Counted from the stretch's first letter, positions 29,513-40,632 are shown. The stretch: 64,000 nt of DNA from an uncultured bacterium (GCA_965369655.1 CBDUQR010000003.1:32354-96353); one strand, 5' to 3'. Notes: a model not told the origin generated them from the letters alone. Translations and numbers: made by a program.

Positions 29513-30661
29513 TTAAGCTTCCTCGAGTACTTCGAAAATGTCCGGCGCCACGTATTTCTTGGGACGTACACTCTTTTGGGATTCTTGGAGAATGCCAACC
29601 TCAACAAGCTTGGAGACCGCTGTCTTGACAGTTGGATAACTAACATTCCAATGGTGGCTAAGCTCTGATATCGACACTACAGGATTAAGAAAAAGTTCTT
29701 CCATGGCTCGTATAGTATTTTTCGGCAACCTGCTTCCCTCGAGCTTTTCTAAATAGTCTAAACGTAACTTAATCAACTTGTCCGACAAGTCGGTGGCATG
29801 ATCTGCTTGAGTAATGATTGCCCTGAGAAAAAACTCAATCCACTCTCGCCATCGGCCCTCCCTGCTGACCGAAAGGAGATGGCTGTAATACTCATTGCGA
29901 TGCCTTTCAAAAAACGCACTCAAATAAAGCAATGGCTGTGAAAGGTATCCCCGTGAGCATAGGAATAATGCAATCAACAGTCGTCCAATACGTCCATTCC
30001 CATCAATAAAAGGATGAATCGCTTCGAATTGATAATGCATGAGAGCGCATTTGATCAACGGGGATTCATCTGATACGTCGTTCATGTACTTCTCCCAGTC
30101 TGAGATAGCATCTTTCATCTCAGCAACTGGTGGAGGAACATACGTGGCATCTTTCAGCAAACAGCCGGGTGATCCAATCCAGTTCTGTGTGGTTCGGAAT
30201 TCGCCGGGATATACTTCACAGCCCCGCACGCCTTGAGTCAGGATTTCGTGTATGTCCCGAATCAAGCGACCACATATTGGGAGCTCTTTGATTCCTTCCA
30301 ACCCTGCTTCCATTGCCCGAATGTAGTTCCTGACCTCCTTCACATCACTGTTTACTCCAGAGACTCGAGAAGTTGCCTCGTCGAAGTATACATCGCTCAG
30401 CGTAGCCTCAGTACCTTCAATGCGCGAACTGAGCACCGCTTCGATTCTTAAGAATGGTCCTATGAGAAGATATGGGTTGGGTAAATGCTTTCCCACACCT
30501 GAGAGCAATCCTAACTTACGATCCGCCTCAGAGAGAAGAGCGACAAGATCGCTGTCATAGTCAAGCTTGGGAGGCAGGGGATTAGGAATGAATGCCCAAT
30601 ATTTAGCAGGTGTTTTTACAACTCTACCTGCTCCGCTTGCTTTGAAATCCTCAGGGTTCAT
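29513..30661 (-). CDS. Fic-family AMPylase (class II) with C-terminal winged-HTH
   Basis: Catalytic HPFIDGNGRIGR; N-terminal inhibitory SSRIEG; C-terminal SISELSHHWNVSYPTVKTAVSKLVEVGIL. Confidence 0.92.
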   Translation of the reverse strand: MNPEDFKASGAGRVVKTPAKYWAFIPNPLPPKLDYDSDLVALLSEADRKLGLLSGVGKHLPNPYLLIGPFLRIEAVLSSRIEGTEATLSDVYFDEATSRVSGVNSDVKEVRNYIRAMEAGLEGIKELPICGRLIRDIHEILTQGVRGCEVYPGEFRTTQNWIGSPGCLLKDATYVPPPVAEMKDAISDWEKYMNDVSDESPLIKCALMHYQFEAIHPFIDGNGRIGRLLIALFLCSRGYLSQPLLYLSAFFERHRNEYYSHLLSVSREGRWREWIEFFLRAIITQADHATDLSDKLIKLRLDYLEKLEGSRLPKNTIRAMEELFLNPVVSISELSHHWNVSYPTVKTAVSKLVEVGILQESQKSVRPKKYVAPDIFEVLEEA

Positions 30662-30747
30662 CGGTAATTCCCCTCATTCAGATCTGACTCTGTTTCAAGA
30701 GCACTCTCAGACCTGATTCTATTCAGCAAAATTTGAAATGCTGCCAC

Positions 30748-30999
30748 CTTTAATCCATATTAATTGGATTAAAGAAAAATACTATTACCTTTAATACAAA
30801 CTAATTGGATTAAAGAAAAATGTCAAAACCTTTAATATGAATTGGTTGAATTAAAGAAAAACGCCGGAATCTTTAATTCAAATCAAACCAATTAAAGAAA
30901 AAAATGTAACCTTTTATTCAAGAAAATTAAATTAAAGAAAAGTGCTAAAACCTTTAATTCAAATCAACTGAATTAAAGGGAACTGCAATAACCTTTAAT
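30748..30999. repeat. Phased array of six 27-bp palindromic units CTTTAAT-N13-ATTAAAG plus one half-unit, 41-bp period
   Basis: Units start at 30748, 30789, 30830, 30871, 30911, 30952 and 30993 (half); A-rich 13-14 bp linkers. Confidence 0.92.
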
Positions 31000-31165
31000 T
31001 GAGAAATAACCTGTTGTATTACTCAATAGACTGCCTAATATCATATATAACAGACAATTACGACATCATCACTTGCATGCAGATTGCCAGGAATCACCCG
31101 CCAGCAACTGCAAATCCATAACCAACTGCACCACAATATGATATGGCCAGATTGTTCGCCGCTCT

Positions 31166-32983
31166 TTACTTTCCCGCTAACTCCACAAACGGCTCGACAT
31201 CCGCCAGCATGCGGTCGACTGCTGCTGTCCAGAAATCATCTTTGGTCAGGTCGACTCCGAGATGTTTCTGTGCAAGGTCTTCGGTCGTCATCGAACCGGT
31301 ATCATGCAACAGCGCGTGGTACTTCTCGAAGAACCCTTTGCCTTCAGTCTTTGCCCGATCATAGACTCCGCCCGCAAACAGAAATCCGAACGTATACGGG
31401 AAGTTGTAGAACGGCAGTCCGGTCAGGAAGAAATGCAGCTTCGATGCCCAGAAGAGTGGATGATATCCACTTTCGTCGAGCGTATTTCCAAACGCTTTCT
31501 TCTGCGCATCGACCATGATCTCATCGAGCCGTTTTCGAGACACAATGCCATTCTTCCGCTCTGAATAGAAAGCCTTATCGAAGATAAACCTCGCCTGCAG
31601 ATTGCAGAACATCACATGAGTCCGCTGCAGCTTCTGATCGAGCAGCATCAATTTCTGATCCGGATCGCCCGCTTCATTGAATGCCGCGTCGGTCACAAGA
31701 AGCTCATTGAAAATCGACGCTGTCTCTGCGAGATTCGCCGGATACTCCGCGGCGAAATACGGAACATCTCTCAGCACCCAGGTGTGCCAGGCATGCCCAA
31801 GCTCATGCGCCAGGGTCATCATGTCGCCGAAGGTATCGAGATATGTCATGAATATGCGGCTCTCTTTGACCGGACCAAATCCGGTACAGAATCCGCCACC
31901 AGCTTTGCCGGATCGATTCTCGGCTTCAATCCATCTCTTGTCGAACGCCATCTGCGAGAATTCCGCCATTTCGTCGGAGAATCCCCCAAGATGTTTGACG
32001 ATGAACTTCTTCGCTTCATCCCAACTCATCTTCTGGTCTGATTCTCCGACCGGCGCCGATTGATCGAACCAACTGAATTTGTCGATTCCAAGCAGCTTTT
32101 TTTTCGTCTCGATGTATCGCTCTAAGCGAGGCACACCCGCAGCAACGGCATTCCACATGGCATCGATAGTCTCCTCTTTCAGCCGCCCCATGACGAGTGG
32201 TTCATACAGGATCGAATCCCAGTTTCGATTGCTGTAGAGCGACAACCTGAAACCTGCGAGAGAGTTAAGAGTCATAGCTGCGTATTCGGCGCGCGTTTCC
32301 CATGCCGCTTCGAGTTTCTCGAACGCCTGCTTCCTGATCGATCTGTCGGAACTGTCCATCTTGCTGGCGAGCTGCCCGAGCGAGATCTCGGTTGTTTTTC
32401 CATCCTCGTCGAAATCGACACGAAGATCCCCCGCCATCTTATCGTAAAGCCGGTTCCAGGCATGGTAACCGCTCACGGCTAATTCGTTCGCAAACGCCTC
32501 GAATTCCTCGGACATCTTCTTACGAGCGTTTGTGCGGAGTTCATCCAGCGAAAAACGAATCCCGGACAGCTCGGGATCATCGAGAAGCGCCGCCCATGCC
32601 GCATCATCCTGTCTGCGAGCATACGATTCGATCCGTGTCTGGAGTTTGTACCAGTCAGATATGAGAACATCGATCTCCTGTTTGATCTGCAATGCCGGCA
32701 TGTCATCGACATTCTGCGCAGTGAGACATTCCGCGAATGCAGCCACGAGTTCGATATCCGTCACAAGCCGCTGATATTCCAGAATTGCCGACCTGCACTT
32801 ATCGCTTTTGGAATGCTCCAGTTTATCGGGTAGCTGCGCAAACTGTTCAGCGGCTGCCGCGAGATCCTTTTTCAGTTTCTCACGGTAGTCAGAGAATTCT
32901 TTCGAGCCGGAACCTCCCGGAAAAATCGAATCGAGATTCCACCGCATAACGAGAGCGACATTTTCAGAAGCATCAGAACTCAT
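31166..32983 (-). CDS. M3 family oligoendopeptidase (PepF-like)
   Basis: W.LDSIF N-terminus, GGFCT, TLAHELGHAWH (HExxH), LAETAS.F.E, FYNFPYTFG. Confidence 0.93.
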   Translation of the reverse strand: MSSDASENVALVMRWNLDSIFPGGSGSKEFSDYREKLKKDLAAAAEQFAQLPDKLEHSKSDKCRSAILEYQRLVTDIELVAAFAECLTAQNVDDMPALQIKQEIDVLISDWYKLQTRIESYARRQDDAAWAALLDDPELSGIRFSLDELRTNARKKMSEEFEAFANELAVSGYHAWNRLYDKMAGDLRVDFDEDGKTTEISLGQLASKMDSSDRSIRKQAFEKLEAAWETRAEYAAMTLNSLAGFRLSLYSNRNWDSILYEPLVMGRLKEETIDAMWNAVAAGVPRLERYIETKKKLLGIDKFSWFDQSAPVGESDQKMSWDEAKKFIVKHLGGFSDEMAEFSQMAFDKRWIEAENRSGKAGGGFCTGFGPVKESRIFMTYLDTFGDMMTLAHELGHAWHTWVLRDVPYFAAEYPANLAETASIFNELLVTDAAFNEAGDPDQKLMLLDQKLQRTHVMFCNLQARFIFDKAFYSERKNGIVSRKRLDEIMVDAQKKAFGNTLDESGYHPLFWASKLHFFLTGLPFYNFPYTFGFLFAGGVYDRAKTEGKGFFEKYHALLHDTGSMTTEDLAQKHLGVDLTKDDFWTAAVDRMLADVEPFVELAGK

Positions 32984-33207
32984 GGCTTTCTCCCTGGCAA
33001 TTTTACCACAGCGGCCGTTCCGCTGGACATAGAGGTCAAATAAAACAACTATTTTTCAAGAGTATATAACATACGGATGGCGGTTTTTCAAGCCGTTACT
33101 GCTGTCAGCGGACTTGATGTGGTTGTTTTATATGTCCTGGTCTCCAGCAGATTGGCGTTCCGCAGCAGGCCAAGCCTGTCAGCGACCGAAAACCCGACTT
33201 CCAGATT

Positions 33208-33256
33208 GGGGCAGATCCTTCGAAGCTCAGGACTTGCGAGGACGTCTGCCGCCCAC
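33208..33256. repeat. GTGGGCGGCAGACG-type REP without MITE (empty site), with CCTTCG..GCTCAGG insert
   Basis: Reverse complement gtgggcggcagacgTCCTcg..cctgagcttcgaagg.tctgcccc; single TCCT. Confidence 0.7.
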
Positions 33257-33577
33257 TCATAGCACTCATCCGGGCAACTACAGAGCAATGGATCAAGGTC
33301 ATTCTTTGCACAGGTTGGCGTGACGTACTAAGCGACTCTTGTCTCATTCCGATACACTCAGCAAGGTCCAGACATCGTTGCACGGTATGATCGGTCCTGG
33401 ACCAGCACAGCAGGGATTGCTTACGCGTTCGATCAGGATCGAACAAGAGTCGACTCGGAAGAGAAATTCTCCGCACTCGACACAGAATACCTCAACAAGC
33501 TGAATCTGACCGACAAACTCAAACACCTGCAACGCATGTCCGCAGCCGGTGTGGCATAAGCTATATTCTCACGAATA

Positions 33578-34456
33578 TCAGAGTGACATGAGTATCAGTA
33601 CAGTCGCAAACCAGAGCAGCACATTGACGAGCAGCGGCAGATCGGTGAGCAGGACTCGCGACGGCGAGCCTCCTTTTTCCTTCTTGTGGATCAGATAGAG
33701 ATACCTGAATATCCCATACACCACGAACGGCACGGATATTTCGAGATGCTCAACCCCGAGTTTCTGTTCGACTTCAGGTGAAAGAGTGTAAAATGTATAG
33801 GCGATGACTACGGAAGCCGTGACAACAGAAGTCATCTGATCGAGGAAATAGACCGAATAATGTTCCAGAATTGCCCTGTGTTCACTTGCCGCCTCCTTGA
33901 GTGATTCCAGCTCGTGCCGCCTCTTTCCGAAGGCGAGAAACAACGCCAGAAGAAACGTACAAACAACCAGCCATGAGGATATCGGCACGGAGATAGCAAT
34001 ACCTCCGGCGATCGCCCTCAGGACAAATCCCCCCGCAATCGTCATCACATCGACTATAACAATATGCTTCAGGACAATCGAATAAAGGATATTCAGCACA
34101 GCATAACAAACAAGCAACACCAGTGTTTGCGGATTCAGGAAAATCCAGGCGGTCAACATTGCGCCTGCCATGAAAAGAGCCGACAGAACGATGGCAGTAC
34201 TGCGAGGGACAACGCCGGATGCAATCGGACGATTCGACTTTGTCGGATGAACCCGGTCTCTTTCATAATCGAGAACATCATTGAACAGATAGACAGAGGA
34301 CGAGGCGAGACAGAATAATCCGAACAGGATGATCGATGATTCGATCAGTTGAAGATCAGTGAAGCTCTTTGAGAAAACCAGCGCTCCAAAGACGACCAGG
34401 TTCTTGGTCCACTGTTCGGGTCTGAGGCTCCGGATCAACCCTGTCGCAAAGTTCAT
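33578..34456 (-). CDS. UbiA-family prenyltransferase, decaprenyl-phosphate phosphoribosyltransferase type
   Basis: RP.QW.KN, Y.FND..D...DR.HPTK..RPIASG, LK.I...DV, KRR.E. Confidence 0.88.
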   Translation of the reverse strand: MNFATGLIRSLRPEQWTKNLVVFGALVFSKSFTDLQLIESSIILFGLFCLASSSVYLFNDVLDYERDRVHPTKSNRPIASGVVPRSTAIVLSALFMAGAMLTAWIFLNPQTLVLLVCYAVLNILYSIVLKHIVIVDVMTIAGGFVLRAIAGGIAISVPISSWLVVCTFLLALFLAFGKRRHELESLKEAASEHRAILEHYSVYFLDQMTSVVTASVVIAYTFYTLSPEVEQKLGVEHLEISVPFVVYGIFRYLYLIHKKEKGGSPSRVLLTDLPLLVNVLLWFATVLILMSL

Positions 34457-34480
34457 GGATACAAGATACCGACTGAGTGT

Positions 34481-35122
34481 TTAGAACGGCAAGCTGTTTT
34501 CTATCGACTCGTGAATTGATGCCAGGAAGTCCTGGAGTATCGTATCCGCAGCAGCTTCATCCGGGCCGCGCACATTGACCACAAGTCGGATCAGAGCCGC
34601 ATCTGTCGGCCTGAGTCGCACCGAGTTGAGAACAAGGTCGAACTTGAGGGCATACTCATTGGTCAGAACACCTGATCTGGTCCTGAACCAGTAATAGACT
34701 ACCTGTCGCATCTTCTTGTTGCCGATCACAACACGATTGACCGAGAACTCCTGTCCGTTTATCTCAATATCGTGCGGACTCGATTCGAGAATACCCCAGC
34801 CGCCTCCGGGAAGGCAGTGTTTCGGCGAATGAATCTGCGAGCCATACTTCTGATCATCAAAGTAACCTATGAACAACGATGCTTCAGCTCCATCCGGTCT
34901 GCGATATCGCCTCGAGGTCGTACTGGTCGCCTTGAGAACCTCGAGAGTGAAATCGGACAGCGCATACTCGGTACCGTCCCAGCCGTCGATCTCGAGTGGA
35001 ATCACAGAGAAGTCCGACGGTCTCTCCGGATGCACGCGAACATAACGGAGCATGACAGTCAGCGCTCCTGCAACCAGAAGCAATCCGATTACTATGTAGT
35101 ATCTATAGGCAGACTTTTCCAT
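34481..35122 (-). CDS. epsI: Exosortase-associated protein EpsI
   Basis: P....GW.G, HSPKHCLPGGGW, YYWF, DAALIR; follows exosortase. Confidence 0.88.
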   Translation of the reverse strand: MEKSAYRYYIVIGLLLVAGALTVMLRYVRVHPERPSDFSVIPLEIDGWDGTEYALSDFTLEVLKATSTTSRRYRRPDGAEASLFIGYFDDQKYGSQIHSPKHCLPGGGWGILESSPHDIEINGQEFSVNRVVIGNKKMRQVVYYWFRTRSGVLTNEYALKFDLVLNSVRLRPTDAALIRLVVNVRGPDEAAADTILQDFLASIHESIENSLPF

Positions 35123-35958
35123 CTCAGAATAGAACTCACTATCAAAAGCATTATCATCGAGAACAGAAACACCAGCATTCCGGCCATCTCGTGCAGCGTT
35201 CCCTCAACGAATTTCTCACTGATCGCGTATGTCCCGACGGTTGTGAAGATTATCCTTACGACATTCCCGAGGATTGCAATCGGAATCGTAGACAGAAACA
35301 GAACCACCGCTTTCGTTCGGTTGTCCTGAGTGAAATAGGCCATCAGCGCACCCAGCGCAAGAAGCGACATTATCGATCTGAGGCCGCTGCAAGCCTCCGC
35401 GACCTCAAGCGCCTGCCCCCCCGGCAGATACAGCACATTTCCGAGCCTCACAAGCGGCAGACCGATCAGGCTCACAGCAGACGATGCAATCTGTGATGCG
35501 AAAAGCTGCATCGGGAAAGTCAGGGAATAGTAAATAACATACGGTATCGGAATCATAAACAGCAAAAATGCAAATGCAAACCAGATTCGCTTGAAAACTC
35601 GAGTGCCGAAAAAGCAGAGCGCAAGTGATGAGAGCAACAGCACAAAGGAAAACCGTACGCTGAAGTATTCGGCTCCCGCCGTACCGATTATGAATATCAG
35701 CAGCGCTGCCAATATCCCTGCAAATCCGACATTGCTCCACTTGACGGGAAGTCTCGATATCTCCGCTCTCTGTCGCCAGATGAACCAGATCGACACCGGG
35801 ATTATCAGGAAGCCGTGTGAATAGTTGGAATCTTCGTACCAATCCAGCACGAGGTCTTTCAGAACGGGCAGATATATCAGAAACACAAGTCCCAGTATCA
35901 GGTAGAGCCTGCGGTCGATTCCTGGCTGATTCTCTGCGATTGCAGCAGATTGGGACAT
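35092..35958 (-). CDS. Exosortase (EpsH family)
   Basis: YSHGFLI, VAEACSGLRS (Cys), NVVRI (Arg), LHE..G (His). Confidence 0.93.
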   Translation of the reverse strand: MSQSAAIAENQPGIDRRLYLILGLVFLIYLPVLKDLVLDWYEDSNYSHGFLIIPVSIWFIWRQRAEISRLPVKWSNVGFAGILAALLIFIIGTAGAEYFSVRFSFVLLLSSLALCFFGTRVFKRIWFAFAFLLFMIPIPYVIYYSLTFPMQLFASQIASSAVSLIGLPLVRLGNVLYLPGGQALEVAEACSGLRSIMSLLALGALMAYFTQDNRTKAVVLFLSTIPIAILGNVVRIIFTTVGTYAISEKFVEGTLHEMAGMLVFLFSMIMLLIVSSILRWKSLPIDTT

Positions 35959-35965
35959 AGTGGTA

Positions 35966-36919
35966 TTAGCTGGCCGGCGCCTTTTCAGGAATCCTGCTCC
36001 TGAAATATTCGATCGTGCGCCTTAATCCTTCCCTGAAATCGACAGTGATCTCGAACCCGAGTTCCTTCTCCGCCAGAGATATGTCTGATCCCGAGTGCCT
36101 GATATCGCCCTGTTTCTCCGGTTTGAACACCGGTTCCACATCAACACCGAGCAGTTCTTTGAGCACTTCGAGCAGATCGAACAGGGTGAACCGAACTCCA
36201 CCCGCGATATTGTAAACTTTGCCGGCCACATCCGGCGCTTCAGAGGCAAGAAGATTCGCGGAAACCACATTGTCAACATAAACGAAGTCTCTCGACTGCA
36301 GGCCATCACCGAAAATAACAGGCTGTTTGGATGTCAGAAGAGCATTCATGAACTTCGGGATCACAGCCGCATAATCGCTGGCCGGATTCTGGTTCGGACC
36401 GAATACGTTGAAGTACCGCAGTACGACTGTCTCAAGGCCGTACAATTCATAGTATATTCGGCAATAATCCTCGCCGACGAGCTTGGCTGCCGCATACGGA
36501 GATAATGTCTTCAATTCAGACTGTTCCGTCTTGGGCAGATCGGCAAGATCACCATAGACCGCCGATGAGGACGCGAACACGAATCGCTTGATTCCCGCAA
36601 CCCGTGCTGCTTCCAATAGATTTATAGTACCGGATATATTGACTTCGGATGACCCGACCGGATCTGCGACCGAGAGCTCGACGGAAGGAATGGCCGCCTG
36701 ATGGAAAACGATGTCGACCCCCGACATTGACCGGGCGACTGCGTCAGAATCCCTGATGTCTCCCTTAATCAGCTCGATCTTACCTTTGATCCGCGAGATG
36801 TTCTCCATCCGCCCGGTGGAGAAATCGTCTAAGATTCGGACAGTCTCGTCACGATTTACAAGCTCGGCAACGATGTTCGAGCCTATGAACCCGGCTCCTC
36901 CGGTCACCAAGTATTTCAT
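35966..36919 (-). CDS. NAD-dependent nucleotide-sugar epimerase/dehydratase
   Basis: TGGAGFIGS, SSSAVYG, YAAAK, RYFNVFGP. Confidence 0.93.
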   Translation of the reverse strand: MKYLVTGGAGFIGSNIVAELVNRDETVRILDDFSTGRMENISRIKGKIELIKGDIRDSDAVARSMSGVDIVFHQAAIPSVELSVADPVGSSEVNISGTINLLEAARVAGIKRFVFASSSAVYGDLADLPKTEQSELKTLSPYAAAKLVGEDYCRIYYELYGLETVVLRYFNVFGPNQNPASDYAAVIPKFMNALLTSKQPVIFGDGLQSRDFVYVDNVVSANLLASEAPDVAGKVYNIAGGVRFTLFDLLEVLKELLGVDVEPVFKPEKQGDIRHSGSDISLAEKELGFEITVDFREGLRRTIEYFRSRIPEKAPAS

Positions 36920-37128
36920 CTATGTACCTTTAGTTCGAGTCTTTTTGTAAGTATCGACCAAAACTGTCAGCTTTTGAGCGCTTGATCACAGATTAGCCGG
37001 AATGAGAACAGACGACACAGATTCTGACCCGCAAACGGCGTTTCCGGCATGATTCTGAACAATCGCCAGGATTGATCGTTCCCCATGCATGCCCAGCTTA
37101 CAGCATCAGAGAGCATTACGCAGGCATG

Positions 37129-39642
37129 TCAGCTTTCGTCTGTGGCCGATTCATCGCCCGCTTCGCCATTATTTTCAGCTTGTGGCGCATCCGCATCGCC
37201 GTTCTGAGAACCGTTGTTTCCTGTCACAACTCTGGCTACGTCGACAACTGTATCGCCCTCGTCGAGATTTATGAGTTTTACGCCCTGCGTAGCACGGCCG
37301 ATGGATCGAATCTGCCTTATCGGTGTGCGAATGATGATTCCATTCTGCGTTATGATCATCAACTCGTCATTGTCGACAACCTCTTTTACAGCAACGACTT
37401 CGCCATTCCTGTCGGATGTCTTGATGTTGATTATGCCTTTTCCGCCTCGGTTCGTGACGCGGTAATCGTCGACGGCTGATCTCTTGCCGAATCCATTCTC
37501 TGTCACGGTCATAACCCAGGATTGACGCTTGATGACCACCATCGATACAACGTAGTCATCACTCTCGAGGTTTATGCCCTTGACGCCGTATGCAGTACGT
37601 CCCATCGCACGGACTTTATTCTCCGGGAATCGTATCGCCTTGCCGAGACGGGATGCGAGCACGATCTCGTTGGTACCGTCGGTGATCGAGGCGTCGATCA
37701 GCTCGTCTTCACCCTTGAGTATTTTGATCGCGATAATGCCGTCGCGTCGCGGGTTCGAGAATGCCGTCAGCTCGGTTTTCTTGATCTGACCATTCCTGGT
37801 AGCCATGACCACAAAATGACCCGGCTCGAATCGTCTCACCGCCTGGAATGCGCAGATCGATTCGCCATCGGAAAGCTGAATCATATTCGTAGCATGCCGT
37901 CCCTTGGCAGCTCGGCCACCGACAGGAATCTCGTGCACTTTTATCCAGAAACATTTCCCGAACGATGTGAAGAACAGGATATAATCATGCGTCGATGCAA
38001 TGAACAGGTGCTGGATGAAGTCGTCATCTTTTTTGTCCATCCCGATCACACCGCGCCCACCCCGATGCTGTTTGTGGTATGACGATATCGACAGCCTCTT
38101 GATATGGCCGCCGTGTGTGATCGTAATGGCCATGTCTTCTTCAGCAATCAGATCCTCGAGCGACAGCTCTTCTTCTTCGTCTGTGATCAGCGTCCGACGC
38201 TCATCGCCGAAGCGATCTCTGATTTCATCGAGTTCCTCGCGAATCAAACTCATGCGCTTCGGATATGACGCCAGGATGTTCTTGAGCCGCTCGATCGTCT
38301 GGATCAACTCGAGGTATTCCTGTTCTATCTTGTCGCGTTCGAGTCCGGTGAGGCGCTGCAGGCGCATATCGAGAATAGCCTGAGCCTGAATCTCGCTCAG
38401 CTTGAATTCCTTCATCAAGCCCTGTTTCGCGTCGGCGGGCGTCTTCGACGCCCTGATCAGCGCAATCACGGCGTCGATATTATCAAGGGCGATTTTCAAT
38501 CCTTCGAGTACGTGCGCCCGTTTTTCGGCCTCGTCCAATTCGTATTTCGTGCGACGAGTAATAACTTCGTGCCGATGCTTCAGGAACTGTTCGAGAATTG
38601 TCCGCAGGCTCGTACGCCTCGGAATACCGCCGATCAATGACAGCATGTTGACGCCGAACGTCGTCTGCATCTGCGTATGCTTGAAGAGCTGATTCAAGAC
38701 AATAGTCGCTTGGGCATCGCGACGCAACTCGACGACAATCCGCATACCGTCGCGGTCCGATTCATCCCGCAGATCGGTGATACCTTCGAGCTTTTTCGCG
38801 CGAACAAGATCTGCAATCTTTTCGAGGAGATTAGTCTTATTGACCTGGAACGGTATCTCGGAGACGATAATGAATTCCTTGCCGTTTTTTTGCTTTTCGA
38901 TATTTACCTTCGCTCGCACGATGATTCGCCCCTGACCTGTCAAATGGGCGTCACGGATACCATCCCTGCCATAAATAATCCCACCGGTCGGGAAATCGGG
39001 ACCGGTGACAATCTCCAGAAGTTGTTCGTCCTCGACCTCCGGGTCATCGATTATCTTAGTCAATGCATCGCAGATCTCGGTCAGATTATGAGGTGGGATG
39101 TTCGTCGCCATTCCGACTGCGATACCTGATGATCCGTTGCAGATAAGATTCGGAAACTTGCCCGGGAGAACGACAGGTTCGTCCCGCGTCTCGTCATAGT
39201 TCGGCTGGTAATTAACCGTGTCTTTCTTGATGTCCGCCAGCATTTCCATCGCGATAGGCGTAAGACGAGCCTCTGTGTATCGCATCGCCGCCGCGTTGTC
39301 GCCGTCGATCGAGCCGAAATTCCCCTGGCCATCGACAAGTGGGTACCGCATAGCGAAATCCTGCGCCATTCTCACCAGTGTCGGATAGACTACCTGCTCG
39401 CCGTGAGGATGATAGTTGCCGGATGTGTCGCCGGCGATCTTGGCGCACTTACGGTATGGTCGTCCCGGCGCAAGATTCAGGTCGTTCATCGCGATCAGGA
39501 TTCGCCGGTTGGATGGTTTCAGTCCGTCGCGAACATCAGGCAGCGCCCGCGCGGTAATGACGGACATCGAGTAGTCGAGATAACTCGACTTCATTTCCTC
39601 TGCGAGAGGCTGACTTAGAATATTCTGCCGATCACTCACCAT
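37129..39642 (-). CDS. gyrA: DNA gyrase subunit A
   Basis: [24 protein letters not shown] (catalytic Tyr), GyrA-box QHRGGRG. Confidence 0.98.
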   Translation of the reverse strand: MVSDRQNILSQPLAEEMKSSYLDYSMSVITARALPDVRDGLKPSNRRILIAMNDLNLAPGRPYRKCAKIAGDTSGNYHPHGEQVVYPTLVRMAQDFAMRYPLVDGQGNFGSIDGDNAAAMRYTEARLTPIAMEMLADIKKDTVNYQPNYDETRDEPVVLPGKFPNLICNGSSGIAVGMATNIPPHNLTEICDALTKIIDDPEVEDEQLLEIVTGPDFPTGGIIYGRDGIRDAHLTGQGRIIVRAKVNIEKQKNGKEFIIVSEIPFQVNKTNLLEKIADLVRAKKLEGITDLRDESDRDGMRIVVELRRDAQATIVLNQLFKHTQMQTTFGVNMLSLIGGIPRRTSLRTILEQFLKHRHEVITRRTKYELDEAEKRAHVLEGLKIALDNIDAVIALIRASKTPADAKQGLMKEFKLSEIQAQAILDMRLQRLTGLERDKIEQEYLELIQTIERLKNILASYPKRMSLIREELDEIRDRFGDERRTLITDEEEELSLEDLIAEEDMAITITHGGHIKRLSISSYHKQHRGGRGVIGMDKKDDDFIQHLFIASTHDYILFFTSFGKCFWIKVHEIPVGGRAAKGRHATNMIQLSDGESICAFQAVRRFEPGHFVVMATRNGQIKKTELTAFSNPRRDGIIAIKILKGEDELIDASITDGTNEIVLASRLGKAIRFPENKVRAMGRTAYGVKGINLESDDYVVSMVVIKRQSWVMTVTENGFGKRSAVDDYRVTNRGGKGIINIKTSDRNGEVVAVKEVVDNDELMIITQNGIIIRTPIRQIRSIGRATQGVKLINLDEGDTVVDVARVVTGNNGSQNGDADAPQAENNGEAGDESATDES

Positions 39643-39671
39643 GATTTATATCCTTGATACATTCAGTGTTC

Positions 39672-40592
39672 TCAATTAGACTCACCTTTCCCTGGTGGTT
39701 GCCAGGGAGTACCATCTAGTAATTCATCTGGGTGCTCAATCCACTGATTGATTTCACGAAACCAAATTTCAAACTCATGATCCTCTTTCAAATCTGTTTC
39801 GCTCAGTTTTGCTAAACTGGATGAGAGCATCTCATGGTATTTTGGATTGACTTGCGAGAAGAGAGCATATTTCCGCGCAAGACAATGGATACCGTCCAAC
39901 GCTAACCGCACGAGGTTTCTAAACGGGATTTCCTCAGGTTTAATTATCGGAGACCGTGTTATAATCCAGATGGACATTGTCCAGTGTTTAATGGCTTCCA
40001 ACGCATAATCTATTTTCTCTTCATCTCTTTGGCTTACCTTGGATGCGACGAGGATGGCCGCTTGGATATGATGATCCTGCGCCGAGAACATTAGTTTCAA
40101 AGTCCCCTCACTGTCAGTGAACTGCTTTTCAAGCTGTGTCTGCATTTGCCTATATTCGTCGCGCAGTTCCTTCTGCAACTGCTCAAGTGCTGACCCTAGC
40201 TCCGTGCGATATTCTTCTCTCAATTTCTGTTGATAATTTTTTAGCATAAGTCGAAATATTGCTAAATATGAAATGCCCACAAAAGTTAGCAGTCCAGCAA
40301 CGAGAATGCTCGCATACCAAAGAACCTTTGTCATGTAGTCTTCTTGGTTTCGAAGAACCAAATCTGTCTGGCTGCGTTGCGTATCAAGAAGGTGTCCAAG
40401 AAACTCGGCTTTGATTGAATCAGCGACAGACTGAGCGATCCAAACCGTATCCTGCTTCACAACTACAACTGTATCCGCTTCCCCCTTCGCCGTTGGTTGC
40501 GTAAGGAGGAACAGTGCCAGAAGCAGTGTGATGTATAAGGTCAGTTTACCGACTTGTCGTCCCCGCGAAGGCGGGGAACCATTGTATGACAT
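39672..40592 (-). CDS. Hypothetical membrane protein (signal peptide, TM, coiled coil)
   Basis: Long ORF (open to 40688); hydrophobic LYITLLLALFLL segment, internal TM, Q/E/K-rich coil; start uncertain and inside a REP. Confidence 0.55.
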   Translation of the reverse strand: MSYNGSPPSRGRQVGKLTLYITLLLALFLLTQPTAKGEADTVVVVKQDTVWIAQSVADSIKAEFLGHLLDTQRSQTDLVLRNQEDYMTKVLWYASILVAGLLTFVGISYLAIFRLMLKNYQQKLREEYRTELGSALEQLQKELRDEYRQMQTQLEKQFTDSEGTLKLMFSAQDHHIQAAILVASKVSQRDEEKIDYALEAIKHWTMSIWIITRSPIIKPEEIPFRNLVRLALDGIHCLARKYALFSQVNPKYHEMLSSSLAKLSETDLKEDHEFEIWFREINQWIEHPDELLDGTPWQPPGKGESN

Positions 40593-40632
40593 TCGATTGT
40601 TGGAATGGATTCCCGCATGCGCGGGAATGACA
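40556..40632. repeat. CGTC-type REP doublet downstream of the GIY-YIG gene
   Basis: gtcgtccccgcgaaggcggggaacc ... ggattcccgcatgcgcgggaatgac. Confidence 0.85.

Noticed and set aside
30748-30999. CRISPR array
   Set aside because: Only 7-bp arms are conserved, variable parts are 13-14 nt and resemble each other, and no cas genes are nearby.
33332-33559. Protein-like open frame on the + strand ending ...LKHLQRMSAAGVA*
   Set aside because: Preceded by an in-frame stop, no usable start and no recognisable family; at most a gene remnant.
33578-34456. DGGGP synthase partner for the GGGPS
   Set aside because: RP.QW.KN and HP.K..RPIASG fit the DPPR-synthase branch better, and it is not linked to the GGGPS gene.
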